A stretch of DNA of 64,000 nt from Hypanus sabinus (lineage: Eukaryota). The translations under genes and the position numbers were made by a program. The stretch lies in assembly GCF_030144855.1 (NCBI RefSeq), contig NC_082731.1, positions 11,222,001 through 11,286,000 of the forward strand, read 5' to 3'. This document shows positions 1-12,780 of the stretch, one piece after another. Under the pieces are notes generated by a model. The model did not search any database. It was not told where the DNA came from and saw only the letters and a program-made list of their open reading frames with translations. The first letter of the stretch is position 1. Each line of letters starts with the position of its first letter.

Positions 1-125
1 CCCAGCATCTGGAACATATTTCCTGCCTCTATCTTGTCCAATCCCTTACTAATCTTATATGTTTCAATCAGATCCCCTCTCAATCTCCTTAATTCCAGCG
101 CAGTCTCTCTAACCTCTCTGCGTAA
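1..125 (-). mobile_element. CR1 LINE fragment (end of ORF2)
   Basis: The reverse complement (agattgagaggggatctgattgaaacatataagatt...) matches the RRLRGDLIETYKI-type C-terminus of CR1 ORF2 seen in other copies in this window. Confidence 0.7.
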
Positions 126-849
126 GGCAGTTGGATGTTGGACAAATGTAAGCATTTGATTTAATTGAGATTTCTTCTGTGGCTCCTCAACACATTTAGC
201 TTGTACGGTGCCTTCAGAAGCAATACAGTGATCAGTTTGCAACCGCTCTCCAATAAAATTCAGAAAGCCATATACACACATTCACAATATAGTTTCTGGG
301 CTCCAAATAAACACTGAGCAAAATTTCAAAAACTCTGCTTCTCCAAAGAATGATGGAATTAATAATGGAAAACAAGAATATGGCAGATGATTTAAAATAT
401 ATATTTTGTGTCAGAGGTTACACTCGAGAAAGTGTCGGAGACCAAAAAAATGTAAAGGATGGGATCATTCGTCACAATTACAATTGGCAGGTCAGTAGTA
501 TTGAAACAATTGTTGGAGCACTGGACGGCAAGTCTCTGGGTTTGATAGATTCGTCGAAGAGATGGAGAAGTAGTGGCCAGTAAGGCGGCTTTTGACTTTG
601 CAAAAACAATTCCAACATAGTTGTGATTTCAGTGAATAGACCTAAAGTTCAATCAAATATGCCATCAAATGCATCAAGTACATGGAAATAACTCTTCGCA
701 TTTGTTCAGCTTTTCAGTATTCTATATGGCAAAATTACTATCAATGCAGTCCTGGGCCAATCAACTCTTCTGCAGATTTTTTCAAGTTTTTGAAATGTGA
801 TTTGGTCCTTCGGTAGTTGATGGGTCCGTGGTGAAGTAGATAAGCAATA

Positions 850-1270
850 GATACTAGATAAGCTACTGGGTGACGTAATCTCAGAGCAACTATCCTGGGC
901 CAACACATTGATGGAATCAGGAATTAGGCACTTGAGGAGATTTGGGATATCACCAAATGTTTCAGCAAATTTCTACATATGCACGGTGGAGAATGCACTG
1001 ACTGGTTTTATCGTGTAGTCTGTTGTAGTTGCTTCAATGTGAATTATTGAAAGAGGCTGCTGAGGGTTAGAGGCTCAGTCAACTCTAGCTCAGACATAAT
1101 AGTTCCACCATCATATATATCTTCCTCAGGCAGCATCCATCATTAAGCATTCTCACCATCTGAGACATACCCTCTGCTTATTATTGCATCGAGGAGAAGT
1201 AGAGCCTGAACACCTACTCTGTGCCATCAAGTATATGAACAATCCTTGAAACTATCAACACAATCTTGTT
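850..1270 (+). mobile_element. Degraded Rex1/Babar-type LINE fragment (post-RT region)
   Basis: atctcagagcaactatcctgggccaacacattgat...aggagatttgggatatcacc...gcaaatttctacatatgcacggtggag resembles the ISEDLSWxxHI...RRFGMS...NFYxCTVES region of the Rex1-like copy at 53.4-54.7 kb. Confidence 0.6.
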
Positions 1271-1749
1271 ATTCTGCTTGTGTTTGTTTGTTTATTTATT
1301 GTAAGTTATAATAATTTATGTCTTGTACTATACCTTTGCTATAAAACAACAAATTTCACAATGTCAGCGATGATAAATATCACTGATTCCAATTACATTC
1401 TGATTCCAATTTCAATAATTCTGGAATTGAAACCCATCCAACAAAGATGCACCGTACCTTACACACTGGAGTGCAAAAATATACTGTCTGCTGCTGTTTT
1501 AGAGAATCATGATAGGTTTATGATACTTAGTTGCAATTTAAGCCTCGTGATCTAAAGAGGCAGTCAGGATATTTGGAAGAATTCATTGAGGAATTAGTGA
1601 GGTCAGCCATATATCTACTCAGTGAGAAAATGAACGGCAACGATTTATAAACCAAATGCTGTGGAAGATTTGGAAAAAGATTAACTGTTTCTAATTATTG
1701 TCAAATGCTGAACCTTGAAAAGCATAGTGAAGAAAAAAAAACAGTTATT

Positions 1750-2380
1750 AAGGACTACGGGATAAATGGATATGTGTTTTGCAGAACTCTTCGCAGTTTG
1801 AACATGGAACAAGAGCTCTGGTTAGCAGTTGGGTCTTTTGCTTGTTCTGTCTCTCCTTTCACAACCCCCCTATATTCCTTGCGGCTCAGTGCAGGTACTC
1901 GCATGTATCGCAGTTCCATCTGGAAAAAAGTTCCTCCAGGTACATGAACTGAGTGCAATGTCTTCTCAGTTTCTAGATGTGATGTTGACTTTCTTCAGTC
2001 TGATTTTGATGATGTATTGGAAGCGTTTCCTCTGCAATCAGATCACGTCATTCAACTGAGAGTAAAGTATTTGTTTCGGGAGAAGAGGGTTAGGTATTTG
2101 ATTTACATGATCTATCCATCGGTGATGGTGTTGCTTTATCGTGGTGGAGGTGCTGTTCATGTAAGCTTCCTCCAGTGCTGTAGTGCGTCTGCCCTTCCAG
2201 CATATCCTCAAAACATATCGTAAGTTTATTTGGTGGCATTGTTCAGGGGCTTTTCAGGATCCTGCTCCATAATTCAGCTCCATAAAGTAACATAACTCAG
2301 AAGACTGCTTTACAGACCAAAGGTTTTGTTTCGACCCCAGAATGTACCTCATTTGAGGAGGAAGACCAGGATGATGTGTG
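1750..2380 (-). mobile_element. RTE-clade LINE 3' fragment
   Basis: Minus-strand translation gives LRICWKGRRTTALEEAYMNSTSTTIKQHHHRWIDHVNQIPNPLLPKQILYSQL...QRKRFQYIIK and a terminal PCSNCEEFCKTHIHL. This is the typical RTE C-terminus (RW.GHV.RM...RLPKQ.LY) plus a terminal Cys motif. Confidence 0.75.
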
Positions 2381-2814
2381 ATTGTGAATGGGATCTGGTT
2401 CTTTTGCCGTTTATATTGGATATCAGTGTACTTCAGTGCAAGATTCTCAGTATGATCACTCGCACTGTGTCACCACTTAAAACAGTGACAGGCATGGAAT
2501 GTTTAGGAATCAGTTAGGTGCAGCATTTTCCCAAGGAGATTGTGAATAAATCCTTCAACTCCCGTTGACCGCGTTTTAATCTCTTTCCGTATCAAAACTT
2601 GTCTGGTGCATGATCTATTGTCAGACATCAGAACAACAGGAGCTGAGTGATTTGGACCAATGATTAGGATTTAGGTTTCGTGGTTAGGGAATAAAGATAT
2701 TGAAGAAGGCATACTAGATCTTTTGTTGGCAAACGCAGGGACGCTCTTGACTACACAAATCTACTTTTAGCCAGAGCCTCCACGTTTTGTCACGCTTTAA
2801 ATGCCCTAAAATAG

Positions 2815-3060
2815 TCCTTGCAGTTGAGACTGCGCTTCACCTGTGAATCCACCGAGTTCATTAATTACATCCGATGCGGCCTCCTCTAAAACTGTGAGAC
2901 GAATCGGGGATGGTAGACGGCTTCGTTGAGCACCCTCACTCAGTCGGCCGTAACATCGAGCCATTTTAATCGCACTTCCCATTCCCAAACTGACATATCT
3001 CTCAAATGTCTCCTGTAATGCTATAGTAAGATCTGTTGCAGGTTAATTGAATAACACCTC
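2815..3060 (+). mobile_element. Penelope-like element fragment (GIY-YIG region)
   Basis: QLRLRFTCESTEFINYIRC...SHFNRTSHSQTD is a decayed version of QVRQHFTCESVGVIYCIRC...THFNSASHSHSD in the 50-52 kb copy. Confidence 0.65.
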
Positions 3061-3249
3061 ATATTCCAAGTTCACAGTATCCAGCCTAACGTCATCATTA
3101 TCGGCTTTTTTCTTCTGGTGACCAGTCCCCTCTCTTCTACTGCTCCTTTATTTTTTCATCCCTCTTGCCGTATACGCAATATTTTCCCCTCCACACCCTC
3201 ACGCACAGCCCATTACCCATATCCTCTTTCTGCAGGTTAGAGTCAAAGT

Positions 3250-4030
3250 CATAGAAATGCATAGCGCAGTAAAAAGCCCTTCAGCACATCTAGTCTGTGA
3301 CCATTGAATTAAACTGCCACGCACATCGACCTGCACCCGGACCATAGCCCTCCATACCACTCCCATCCATGTACCTATCCAAACTTCTCCTAACGGTGAA
3401 ATCGAGTTTGCATGTTCCGGTTGCACTGAAAGCTCATTCACCACCCTTATGACAATCTGAGCCAAAACATTCCCGCAAACACTTCACCTTTCACCGCAAT
3501 CCATGGCCTCTAGTTGCGGTGCCACCCAACCTCAGTGGAAAAAGTTTGCTTACAGTTGCTCAGAGTTTTGCATATCTTTATAAAATCTCCCCTCCATCTT
3601 CTATGTTCCAGGGAATAAAATCCTAACCTATTTAATTTTTCCACATAACCGAGGTCTGCCAATCCTGGCAACATACTTCTGAATTTTCTCTGTGCTTTTC
3701 GCAATCTTATTTATATCTTTCCTGTCGGTTGGTGACCAAAACTGCACACAATACTCCAAACCCTGGTTTGTCCTACTGAAGTGCAACATCCCGAACATGT
3801 TTGGAATAAAATTCATCTGCCTCAAATTTCACAAATTCATTACTCCCGGCTAAAGAAAATTTTCCACATCACTGTTTTAAATGGATGCCCCTTTAGTTTG
3901 AGGCTGTGTCCTCTTGTCCTAGATTCCCCCACCAAGGGAAACGCGCTTTCCACATCTACTCTGTCTAGGACTTTCAATGTTCGGAAGGTTTCAATGAGAT
4001 CCCCATGATCCTTCTAAATTCCAGCGACTG
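3250..4030 (-). mobile_element. CR1 LINE 3' fragment
   Basis: Minus ORFs 3510-3704 and 3628-3825 give LEYCVQFWSP..RKDI and RKFRSMLPGL..LGYVEKLNRLGFYSLEHRRWRGDFI, followed by CR1 3' UTR. Confidence 0.85.
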
Positions 4031-4760
4031 CTGGTGCAGAAGAAATCTGATAGGAGAGAAGAGTGAACTATGGGAGAAAGGGAAGGAAGAGGGTTCCCAT
4101 TGGAGATGATAGGCAGCTGAAGAAAAGAGAGAAGAGACCAAAGTGTGGAAATTCTGAAGAGGCAGGGGAAGGGAAATTAATTACTGGACGTTGGAGACAT
4201 CGAAAGTCATGCCATTAGGTTAGAGGCTAACTAGAGGGAATGTGCGTTGTTGCTCTTCCAAACTGAGAATGGCCTCTTTGCGGCAGAAGAGGAGGCCATG
4301 GAATGACATGCTGGAACGGGAATGGTGATAGGAATTGAAGCTGGCTATCCAAATATCTCGCTTTCAGCGATAGAGCTGAGGGGCTTGACAAAGTGATCGC
4401 CCAAAGCGGTACGTCGTTTTTTCATCAATATAGACATGGCCGCATCAAGATCACTGAATACAGCAAACGACCACAACAGGTATGCAGGTTAAGTGTTGCC
4501 TCAGCTGGAAGGACTGATTGGGGCCCTGAATAGAAGTCAAAGGGAAGTGAATGGGCAGATGTTGCTCTTCTGTCGCTTGCAGGTTAAGTGCCAGGGAAGG
4601 CATTAGTGCGGATCGATGAATAGACAAGGGGATCACAGTGGGTGCGATCCCTGCAGAAAGTGGGAGTGGGGCGGGAGCTGATACAGATGCCTTGGTGGCA
4701 GGGTCCTGTTGCAGATGACGAAATTTTCGGAGAATGATGTGTCAGATGCGGCAGCTCATG
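4030..4760 (-). mobile_element. Penelope-like element fragment
   Basis: The minus ORF ends ...LTSIQGPNQSFQLRQHLTC, homologous to LTTIQGPKQSFQVRQHFTC at 51.3 kb. Confidence 0.8.
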
Positions 4761-7679
4761 TGGTGGCAGCAAAGGACCAGGCAAATATATTCCTCAGGGA
4801 ACAGGTAACCGTGGATGTTCTGGAAATGGAGGAGATGTGGATGACTGCAGTATCCACGGTGGAGGAAATGTCTGCTGTCCATTTCACTCCATAAATTCTG
4901 CGTGAACTGCTGAGTTCCTTCAATATTCTGTATAGCTTTTCGTTTTTAACTGCCCTCTTTATCTTGTCTGAAAGCTCCATACCAGGAATGCTAAGCTTCC
5001 GGGGGTGTCATTTGAACTGATAGGTGTACTCTGAGGTATTATACTTCCAGTTTCCAATATCTCTGCTCATCTGCGTTTTTGTAAGGGAACTAAAACAAGG
5101 AACTTGCGCATTCACAAAAAGTCAATACAGCATCCATTTACTAAAGCATCAATAATCGCTCCAGAACAAGGCCGTCGACAAAGACTGAGATGTTTCTCAC
5201 AGCTGTTCTATGTACCAATATCAGCTGTTTTACATTCAGTGAACTGGCAGATCTTTGGCACCATCGAGAAGGTGAAAGCACAGCCTACATTATGGCTGTT
5301 CCAACACTTCCAATAGCTCTGCAGTCAGAAATGGTTGTCGTAAAAACTTATCTTACTTTAAAGTCAGGCAAGTTTGGAGGGAATTTAGAATATACTTTTA
5401 TCAAACAAACCAGAGCTGAAATTTCCTCCCAGTAAACGGATGCAGCAGACTTTGAAGATAAATCTACTAATGTCTTCAAGTGGACAATCTGCTTCACGGA
5501 TAAGTCATGCTAATTACAGACACCGAATTTTAACAAAGAGGCATTGAAAATAAAGCATACAACAAAACCTGGACCTCCAAATGACTAATAAGCTTTTAAG
5601 TTTAGGCCCAAGATATTAATTCGCCATAATACGGCAGATGCCTGCATGGCTCCAGTGCTCAGTCACAGGCCAATAACTTCCACTTGATCAGCTGCGCACT
5701 GTTTTGCCACAACGTATTATCGCATTCTCCACGATGAACGTTTATTTCGAATTAAAGGGATCTAAATAAATTACATATTTACAACTCTTGCTATCCATTT
5801 GAGGATCGATCACAGCATAACGAAATTATTATACTAAATCTTTCAGTAATTTTACTAACTGAGGAAATATTTATGATTATCTTCTAGATTCTAAGAATTG
5901 GCAGGTGCAAAAACAATATTATGTAAATCAGGGATGAACCCGCACCATATCATGCATTTCGATCTCCGCAATTAAACCAACATAGCTATTCAGACTACGA
6001 CTGAACCATGGAAACCGCAAGATGAGCAGGAAAAGCAAAAGGTGCGAGGCATTAATAACAAGGGTAAAATCTCCATCAATTTTCGTGGGAGTAATAGTGG
6101 CAAAATAAACAAATGATTTCAACACCATCTTGTGAGACGAGGGAGTTGCTCTGCAGATGCTGTGATTCAAATCACTAAAGGTGTGAAACAGTAAGAATGC
6201 ATTAATCCGTCAGAATCTGTGTTCCTGTAACGTAGAGATAAATCAATTTTCTTAATTTATGTGTCAAGTTTAAATTATGGAGGTTTTCCAGTAATGCATT
6301 GGGCAATTTTTACTACCTGTGTAGAGCTTTCCTGACTGTCGCAGTGCAGTTCCCAGTTTATCCGCCATCAATGACATATATACAAGGGCCAGTAAAAACA
6401 TCAGAGATCACAGGCACCCCGCTTATCTGTCCCTCTCTCTTCAGCAAGGTGGGTATGTAGCAACCATGCCAGGACCACCGGAGAAAAAACAGTTAGTTTC
6501 CATAAACAGTAAGTCAGATCAATACGTCCGCCCACCAACCCGTCCCTTCATACCCCCAACCACCACAACATTAAAATTTCCTTTCAGGCACCATATGCAC
6601 CGACAACCCTAAGGCTAGCGACTCTTTATGCGCATATGACCAATCCAAGCCCATAATCTATTTTACATATATTTATTGTGATATGTATGTTACTGTGCTT
6701 TTTTGACCTGCATCGGATCCGGGGTAATAATTATTTTGTTCTCCTTTACTCTTGTGTTCTGAAAATTACATTAAACAATCTTGAGTCTTGAATTTTGATC
6801 AAATATTTATCGTATAGTGATTAGGACTCATTTCAGATATCAAACTAGAACAGATTTAAAAGAATATTAACTCCTCCAGTGATACAGAGAGATAAAAAAG
6901 AACATAAGCAAAAGTAGTGGACGAGTGGTTCTCTTCAAGACTGCTCATTCATTCGTGACATACTGGGAGATCTTCTCTCTCTCTCTCCCTCCCTCCCTCC
7001 CTCACGCTCTCTCTCTCGCTGTCTCCACATGCCTTAGAAACGGAGACAACAGAATGCAAGAAAGAAAACATCCTTCATTAATATTTAATCTCAAGGATAT
7101 GAGTTCAGGCACATTCCATTCTGGTCACCACATTCACATATGACACCATTTTTTCGTACAAGCTTACATTTTGTGTTGCAAATCATGGTATTGACCAAAG
7201 GTGTATCATGTTTACCTCTTTCCTGAAACATCACCCCATGAGTCATTAATACATTATACCAAAAAGCAAAATACTACATAAAAAGTACGAGTACAAATTT
7301 AGTATCGCTGTTAAACAACAGGATTATTATTATAATTACAGTTCCATATGGTAATACATCACACGATATAGCGGTGCCTGGTGCTATAATTGTCTAACAT
7401 GGCCCTTCAGTCAGTAAATTAAAACAGACAGTACTCAGAGTAAAACAGATGTTACAATTATGGTAAAAGTTGAAAGGATCCGAAGCAGCATTGTATCTCG
7501 AAATTGCTCCTCCAATTACAAAAACTACTCCTGAAATCGGCCTCCATTGAAGTGAGACACATTTTTTTGGGTTACGGCTTTTGAGTGTCCTTCCTGTGCA
7601 CTCAGTTGACATTGCACAGCAGGGTCCCTGTTATTGATCTGATCACAAGGTAATGTCAGAATTGTAAAAGGAACTTGAG

Positions 7680-10110
7680 GGCAATTGTAAGGGGATCGGG
7701 AAAATCAGCTTAATCCGGATCACAAGAGAGGAAATGTGTTGAATGCCTTCGAGATGGCTTTTCAGAGTAGCTTGTGCTTGAGCCTACTTGGCTAAGGCTA
7801 TCTTAGACTGGGTGTTGTGTAAGAATCCAGATTTTATTAAGGAGTTTAAGGTAAAATAACTCTTAGGGGAGAGTGATCATAATATATTTGAGTTCAGACT
7901 GTTGTTTCAGAGGACAAGGTATAAGTCAGATGTAACAGTATCGCAATGGAGTAAAAGGAATTACAGAAACAGGATAGAGGAGCTTTTCCCAGGTGGAATG
8001 GAGGGGTATGACGGTAGAGTAGAGGTGGCTGAAGTTTCTGGGAATAGTTCACATTGCACAGGATAGGTGTGTCCCACAGAATACGTAGTACACAAGTGGC
8101 AAGGGTAGGCAGCCATGGCTGACGGGGAAAGATAGGGCTGCACAAAAAACAAGGAAGGTGCCTTTTACGTAACAAAAGTGAGTCAGAAGTCAGGCGACTG
8201 GGAACTTTTAAACATTCAACAAAAAACAACTAAAAAAGTCTATAAAAAGAGATAAATGTGAAATATGAGGGCAGACTTGCCAATAAAGCAAGATACCGGA
8301 AGTTTTTTTTTCCCCAGTTATATGAAGAGTAAAAGGGGAGTGAGAGTTGATATTGGACCACTGGCAAATGATGCCAGTGAGACAGAAATTGGGGGGGGGG
8401 GGGGGGAATGACAGATGAGCTTAATGATTACATTTCGTCTGTCTTCACTGTGAAAGGCACTAGTAGAGTGCCAGATGTCCATGAGTGTCAGAGAGCAGGA
8501 ATAAGTCCTATTGCTATTACAAAGGAAAAAGTACTAGGCAAACTTAAAGGTCTTAAAATAGTTAAATCACCTGGACCAGATGGACTATATTTTAGAGTTC
8601 TGAAAGAGGTAGCTGAAGAGATAGCTGATGCATTGTTCATGATCTTTCAAGAATCATTTGATTCTGGCATGGTTCTGGAGGACTGGAAAAATTCAAATGT
8701 CACTACTGTTTTAATAAAGAAGGAATGCAAAAGAAAGGAAGTTATAGGACAATTGGCTGAACCTCAGTGGTTGAGAAAGTGTTGGATTCCCTTATGAGGG
8801 ATGAGGTTTCGGGATATTTGGTGACCTCTGATAAAATAAGTCAAAGGCAGCATGATTTCTGCAGTGGGAAATTTTGCGTGAGAAATCTGTTAGAGTTCTT
8901 TGAGGAAGTAACAACAGGGTGGATAATAGAGAGGCTGTGGATTCCATTTACTTGAATTATCAGAAGGCTGCTTAACAAGATAGACTCACATACAGGAAAT
9001 ATTTGGGCATGGAGAGAGAAATGACTGACAGGCAGGAGGCAGCAAGATGGGACAAAAGGAGGCCTTTTCTGGTTTGCTGCTCTTGACCAGTGGTGTTACT
9101 TATGTGTCAGTATTGGGACCACTACTTTTCACATTCTTTGTCAGTGATATATATCATGGAATTAATGGCTTTGTGGCAAAGTTTGCAGATGATACGAGGG
9201 TGGGGGGTTGATAGTGCTGGGAAAGCAATGTGATTCATCAGGACTTAGACAAATTGGAAGAATGGGCAAAACAGTGGCAGATGGAATACAGTATTCAGAA
9301 ATGTATAACAATGTATTTTGCTAAAAGGAACAAAAGGGCAGATTGTTATCTAAATGGGGAGAAAATTCAAATATCAGAGATGCAAATGAACTCAGGAGTC
9401 CTCGTGCAAGACTCCAAAAAGGTGAAGTTACAGGTTGAGTCTGTGGTAAAGAAGGCAAATGCAATGTTGACAGACATTTCAAGGGGAATAAAATATGAAA
9501 CATGAGGAGATAATGCTGAGGCTTTATACAACACGAGTCAGGCCATACTTGGAGTAATGTCAATAATTTTGGGCCACTATCTCAGAAAGGATGTGTTATC
9601 ATTGGAGAGAATCCAGAGGAGGTTCACAAGAAAGATTTCAGAAATTAAGGGGTTAACATGTGAGGAACGTTTGGCATCTTTGGGCCTGTACTCACTAAAA
9701 TTCAGAAGAATGCATGTGCCTCTCATTGAAACCTACAGAATGTTGAAAGGTCTAGATAAGGGGGGTGGATATGGGATAGAGCATTCCCCATTGGGGTGGA
9801 CAGAGTTAAAGGGCACAGTCCCAAAAATTGAGAGGCGACCCGACCCTTTAGAACAGAGGTAAGGAAGAGTTGTCTTAGCCAAAGGGTAGCGAATCTGCAG
9901 AATACTCCGTCACAGACGCCTGTGGAGGTCAAGACCATGGGTATACTTAAAAAGAACATTGATCGTTTCCTGATTGGTCAGGGATCGGAGATTATGGTGA
10001 GAAGGTAGGTGTATTGGTTTAAGTGGGATCTGGGATCAGACATAATGGAATGACAGAGAGGACTTAATTGGCTGAATGGCCCAATTCTGCTCCTGTCTAT
10101 TATAGTCTTA
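7680..10110 (+). mobile_element. CR1 LINE ORF2 (late endonuclease, RT, C-terminus) and 3' UTR, decayed
   Basis: Motifs KSPGPDGLYFRVLKEVAEEIADAL, NLLEFFEEVT, KFADD (aagtttgcagatgat), DLDKLEEWAKQWQM and LGLYSLKFRR. Ends in the CR1 tail gctgaatggcccaattctgctcct. Confidence 0.95.
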
Positions 10111-10624
10111 TGTTTCATATACATCCATCGGTTGTTTGCATTTGCTGCTGTGTTTTATACTCTGTTAGCTCTATTAAACCTTTCTTTACGTTTAATGTTC
10201 TGCATTTATACAGTCTAAAGTACATATTCATGTCTTTTGAAAGATATTGTACTAATTTGAATTAATTGTGTTGGTTTTAAAGTTGAAGGAGCATATAATT
10301 CCAAGTCATCCATGTCTTAATGTGTCAATGTATAGCTCATTTTGTTGTTTATAATTTGATACCCGATTTTGTTCCAATTCAGTAAAGTACAAAGTGGTTT
10401 TAAAGTTAAACAGAACCATAGTGGACTTAGAAAGTCACCTTGGAAAACGCCTCAGGTTATATTCATAGCTGTTATTATTATCATTATTGAACATTGGTTG
10501 TTTGTATCTGTTGTTGCATAGGTTTCTTTGTATTTAATGTGAATGCCTGCAAGAAAGTTGATGTAACGGTAGTAAATGGTGACCTATATTTACTTTCATA
10601 ATAAATTTACTCTGAACTTTGAGC

Positions 10625-12780
10625 ATCGCTGATAAGCATTGCTTGCAGTGGTAACTCCTTATTCATGTCTTATTGTAGTCATATAGATGGTTGCTTATGA
10701 TGTCCAGATAGCTAGCAATGATATGTACCCAGTGTCTCAATGCCAGGAATCAGGGGTTTTAGTCTGGTTTACTCAGATGAGGTGGTCCACTTTATTATGA
10801 ACGGTGGTAGATAGAACGGCAGTTTTCGGTTGGGCATCTACATGGAAAAGTGTTATCTTCATTCATTGGACTGCCTCCCAGATTTGCTCCCAGTCTACCT
10901 GTCTCACAAGGGTTTTTCCAGCATCTGCCTCTTCCTCTACTGCAACTCAACAATCCATACATTTATTTAATTTGCTGTCGCCAGGGAGTGTATACATGTG
11001 CAGCAGATCACATTCATACAGAAGTGACAAGGCGACTGCCACCAGTTCACTCCCTGGCTGACCGCATTCTCTCTGTCACTGTTGTTAACTGTTCCTATGA
11101 CTGGATTAAATGCGACAGTTCACCACCCCCATGCACAAACTTTTCAGCGTCTGGAGCCGTCTATAAATCAGGCATGATATTTGTTTGATTCAGGTGGCTG
11201 CTTCTGTGACATGACTCAAGTAACAGGAGACTCTGGGATAGGATGTTCAATGGTCTCTGTGTACCTACTCACAGGTGCATGGACTAGATGTTGGTGTAAT
11301 TCACTGAACCTCTCTAGACACATTCTTGCTAGTTCTGCGATATACTATTTCCAATTTACAATAGAGGTTTGCTGTTCCCTCTCTATCCAGCGATAGAGCT
11401 CTCCGTGAGCACCAACGTCTGATCTCCTGGTATCCTGCAATCGCTCTGTGGCGGATCAGTCCACAAATATCTGGTAACAGGCAAGCAATTGCATTTTGAA
11501 GGATGTATATCATTCAGCTGCAACAGGCAGGATAAGGGACCAGAACCCTGGGGTGTGTTCACTCAATTTTGTTTTTACTGCAGACTCCGTAGAGCGGTGT
11601 TCTAATGATCAGATAACTGTAACTCAAATGGCAATATGAGTAAAAGGTGGGGGGTGGGAGGGCAGGGAGAGAGCCTCTGCTTCTCAGACAGCCTTGCTCT
11701 GGACCCCTTTCAAATGTTGCCTTTTTTCCTAGTTACTTTGTATAGAGGTCGTAGGAGGACAGTTTGGGATCACTTATGCTGCCTCCAATAGTCCCACAAG
11801 CCTTTGCGTCTGCCGATTATTGTTAGGGACAGCTATTTCTACTATCTTGTTTTGTACTTTACCTGGGATTATTTCCTGTCCTGTGAACCACTGGCCACCC
11901 AGAAACTTGACTGTCTGACTTGGCCCTTGTATTTTCTATGGAACCACCCATTCTCTGTCCTTCATGTGACTTACCTGCTTGCCCTAGGCTTCAGCTAACC
12001 CTCCTCAGTATGAGCTCTTAGCATGATGTGATCTACATAGTGGGCTACCAGGTGAGAGCTCGAGTACATCGAGGAGCCACGCTACCAATCTATGACACAG
12101 AGTACTGCTGTGTACATACCCCGAACCAATCTAGTGAAGGTTTACTATTTTCTTCGACTCCTATATTGGAACTCGGGCAACAGAGGAATAGAGAAGAATG
12201 CATTGCATAGAACTATTATGGCGTACTACATCTTGTCACCCTTCAACATTTGTCCAGTAAGGTCACCAAGTCCGGGCAGCAACAGTTAATGAAGGAACTT
12301 GTTTTTAAGCTGGCAATAATAAATCGTCATCTTTGAACTGCTGTCTAATTTCCATTCTGAACAGACTTGTGAATTATACTCAGAAGTTGTGTATTGTTTT
12401 AGTAGCTCCGCTATGTGTCCAAGCCTTCCAAATGTCCAACTGTAATTGGGCACTGCTTCACACATGTCACAGCACTATGTAACAGTATCTTAAGAGGCTA
12501 AAACAGTTTTTTTCCCCATGAGAAGGGCACTAGGCTCATCCCTTTTCGTGTGGCTGTGATGTTTCAATGAGTACCAATTCAGTTCAGGTTTTATTTTGCT
12601 GTTATAGGGTTACCATTTTGCCAGATAGAGTTTTTATTAATGCTCGACACATGTCATATGACTTCTCCCAAAAGCACACACCAGGATCTAATAGGATGCA
12701 TCCTATTGTTTGTGAACACCCACCTTATTTGACTGAGGGGCTCCCATTTGGGGGCGTCAGGACTACCTCTCTCCATCTTG
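10625..12780 (-). pseudogene. pol: Degraded endogenous retrovirus pol (protease-RT-tether-RNase H-start of integrase), ERV-L/class III-like
   Basis: Colinear minus-strand motifs across stops and frameshifts: LLDPG (12680-12694), YAIIVLCNAFFSIPL (NAFFSIP 12184-12204), HYVDHIML (YVDH 12028-12039), KIQGPSQTVKFLGGQW...QTQRLVGL, YWRQH, VLLRPLYKVTRK, GFWSLILPVAAE*YTSFKMQLLACY, QQTSIVNWK*YI, A*FIDGS (11153-11167), ELVAVAL, WEQIWE...FHVDA (10833-10844), CKQC (10636-10647). These track the HERV-L/MuERV-L Pol sequence as I recall it. Confidence 0.85.

Noticed and set aside
8391-8406. G16 run as a G-quadruplex or regulatory element
   Set aside because: It is a homopolymer inside CR1 ORF2, most simply a slippage expansion or a sequencing artefact.
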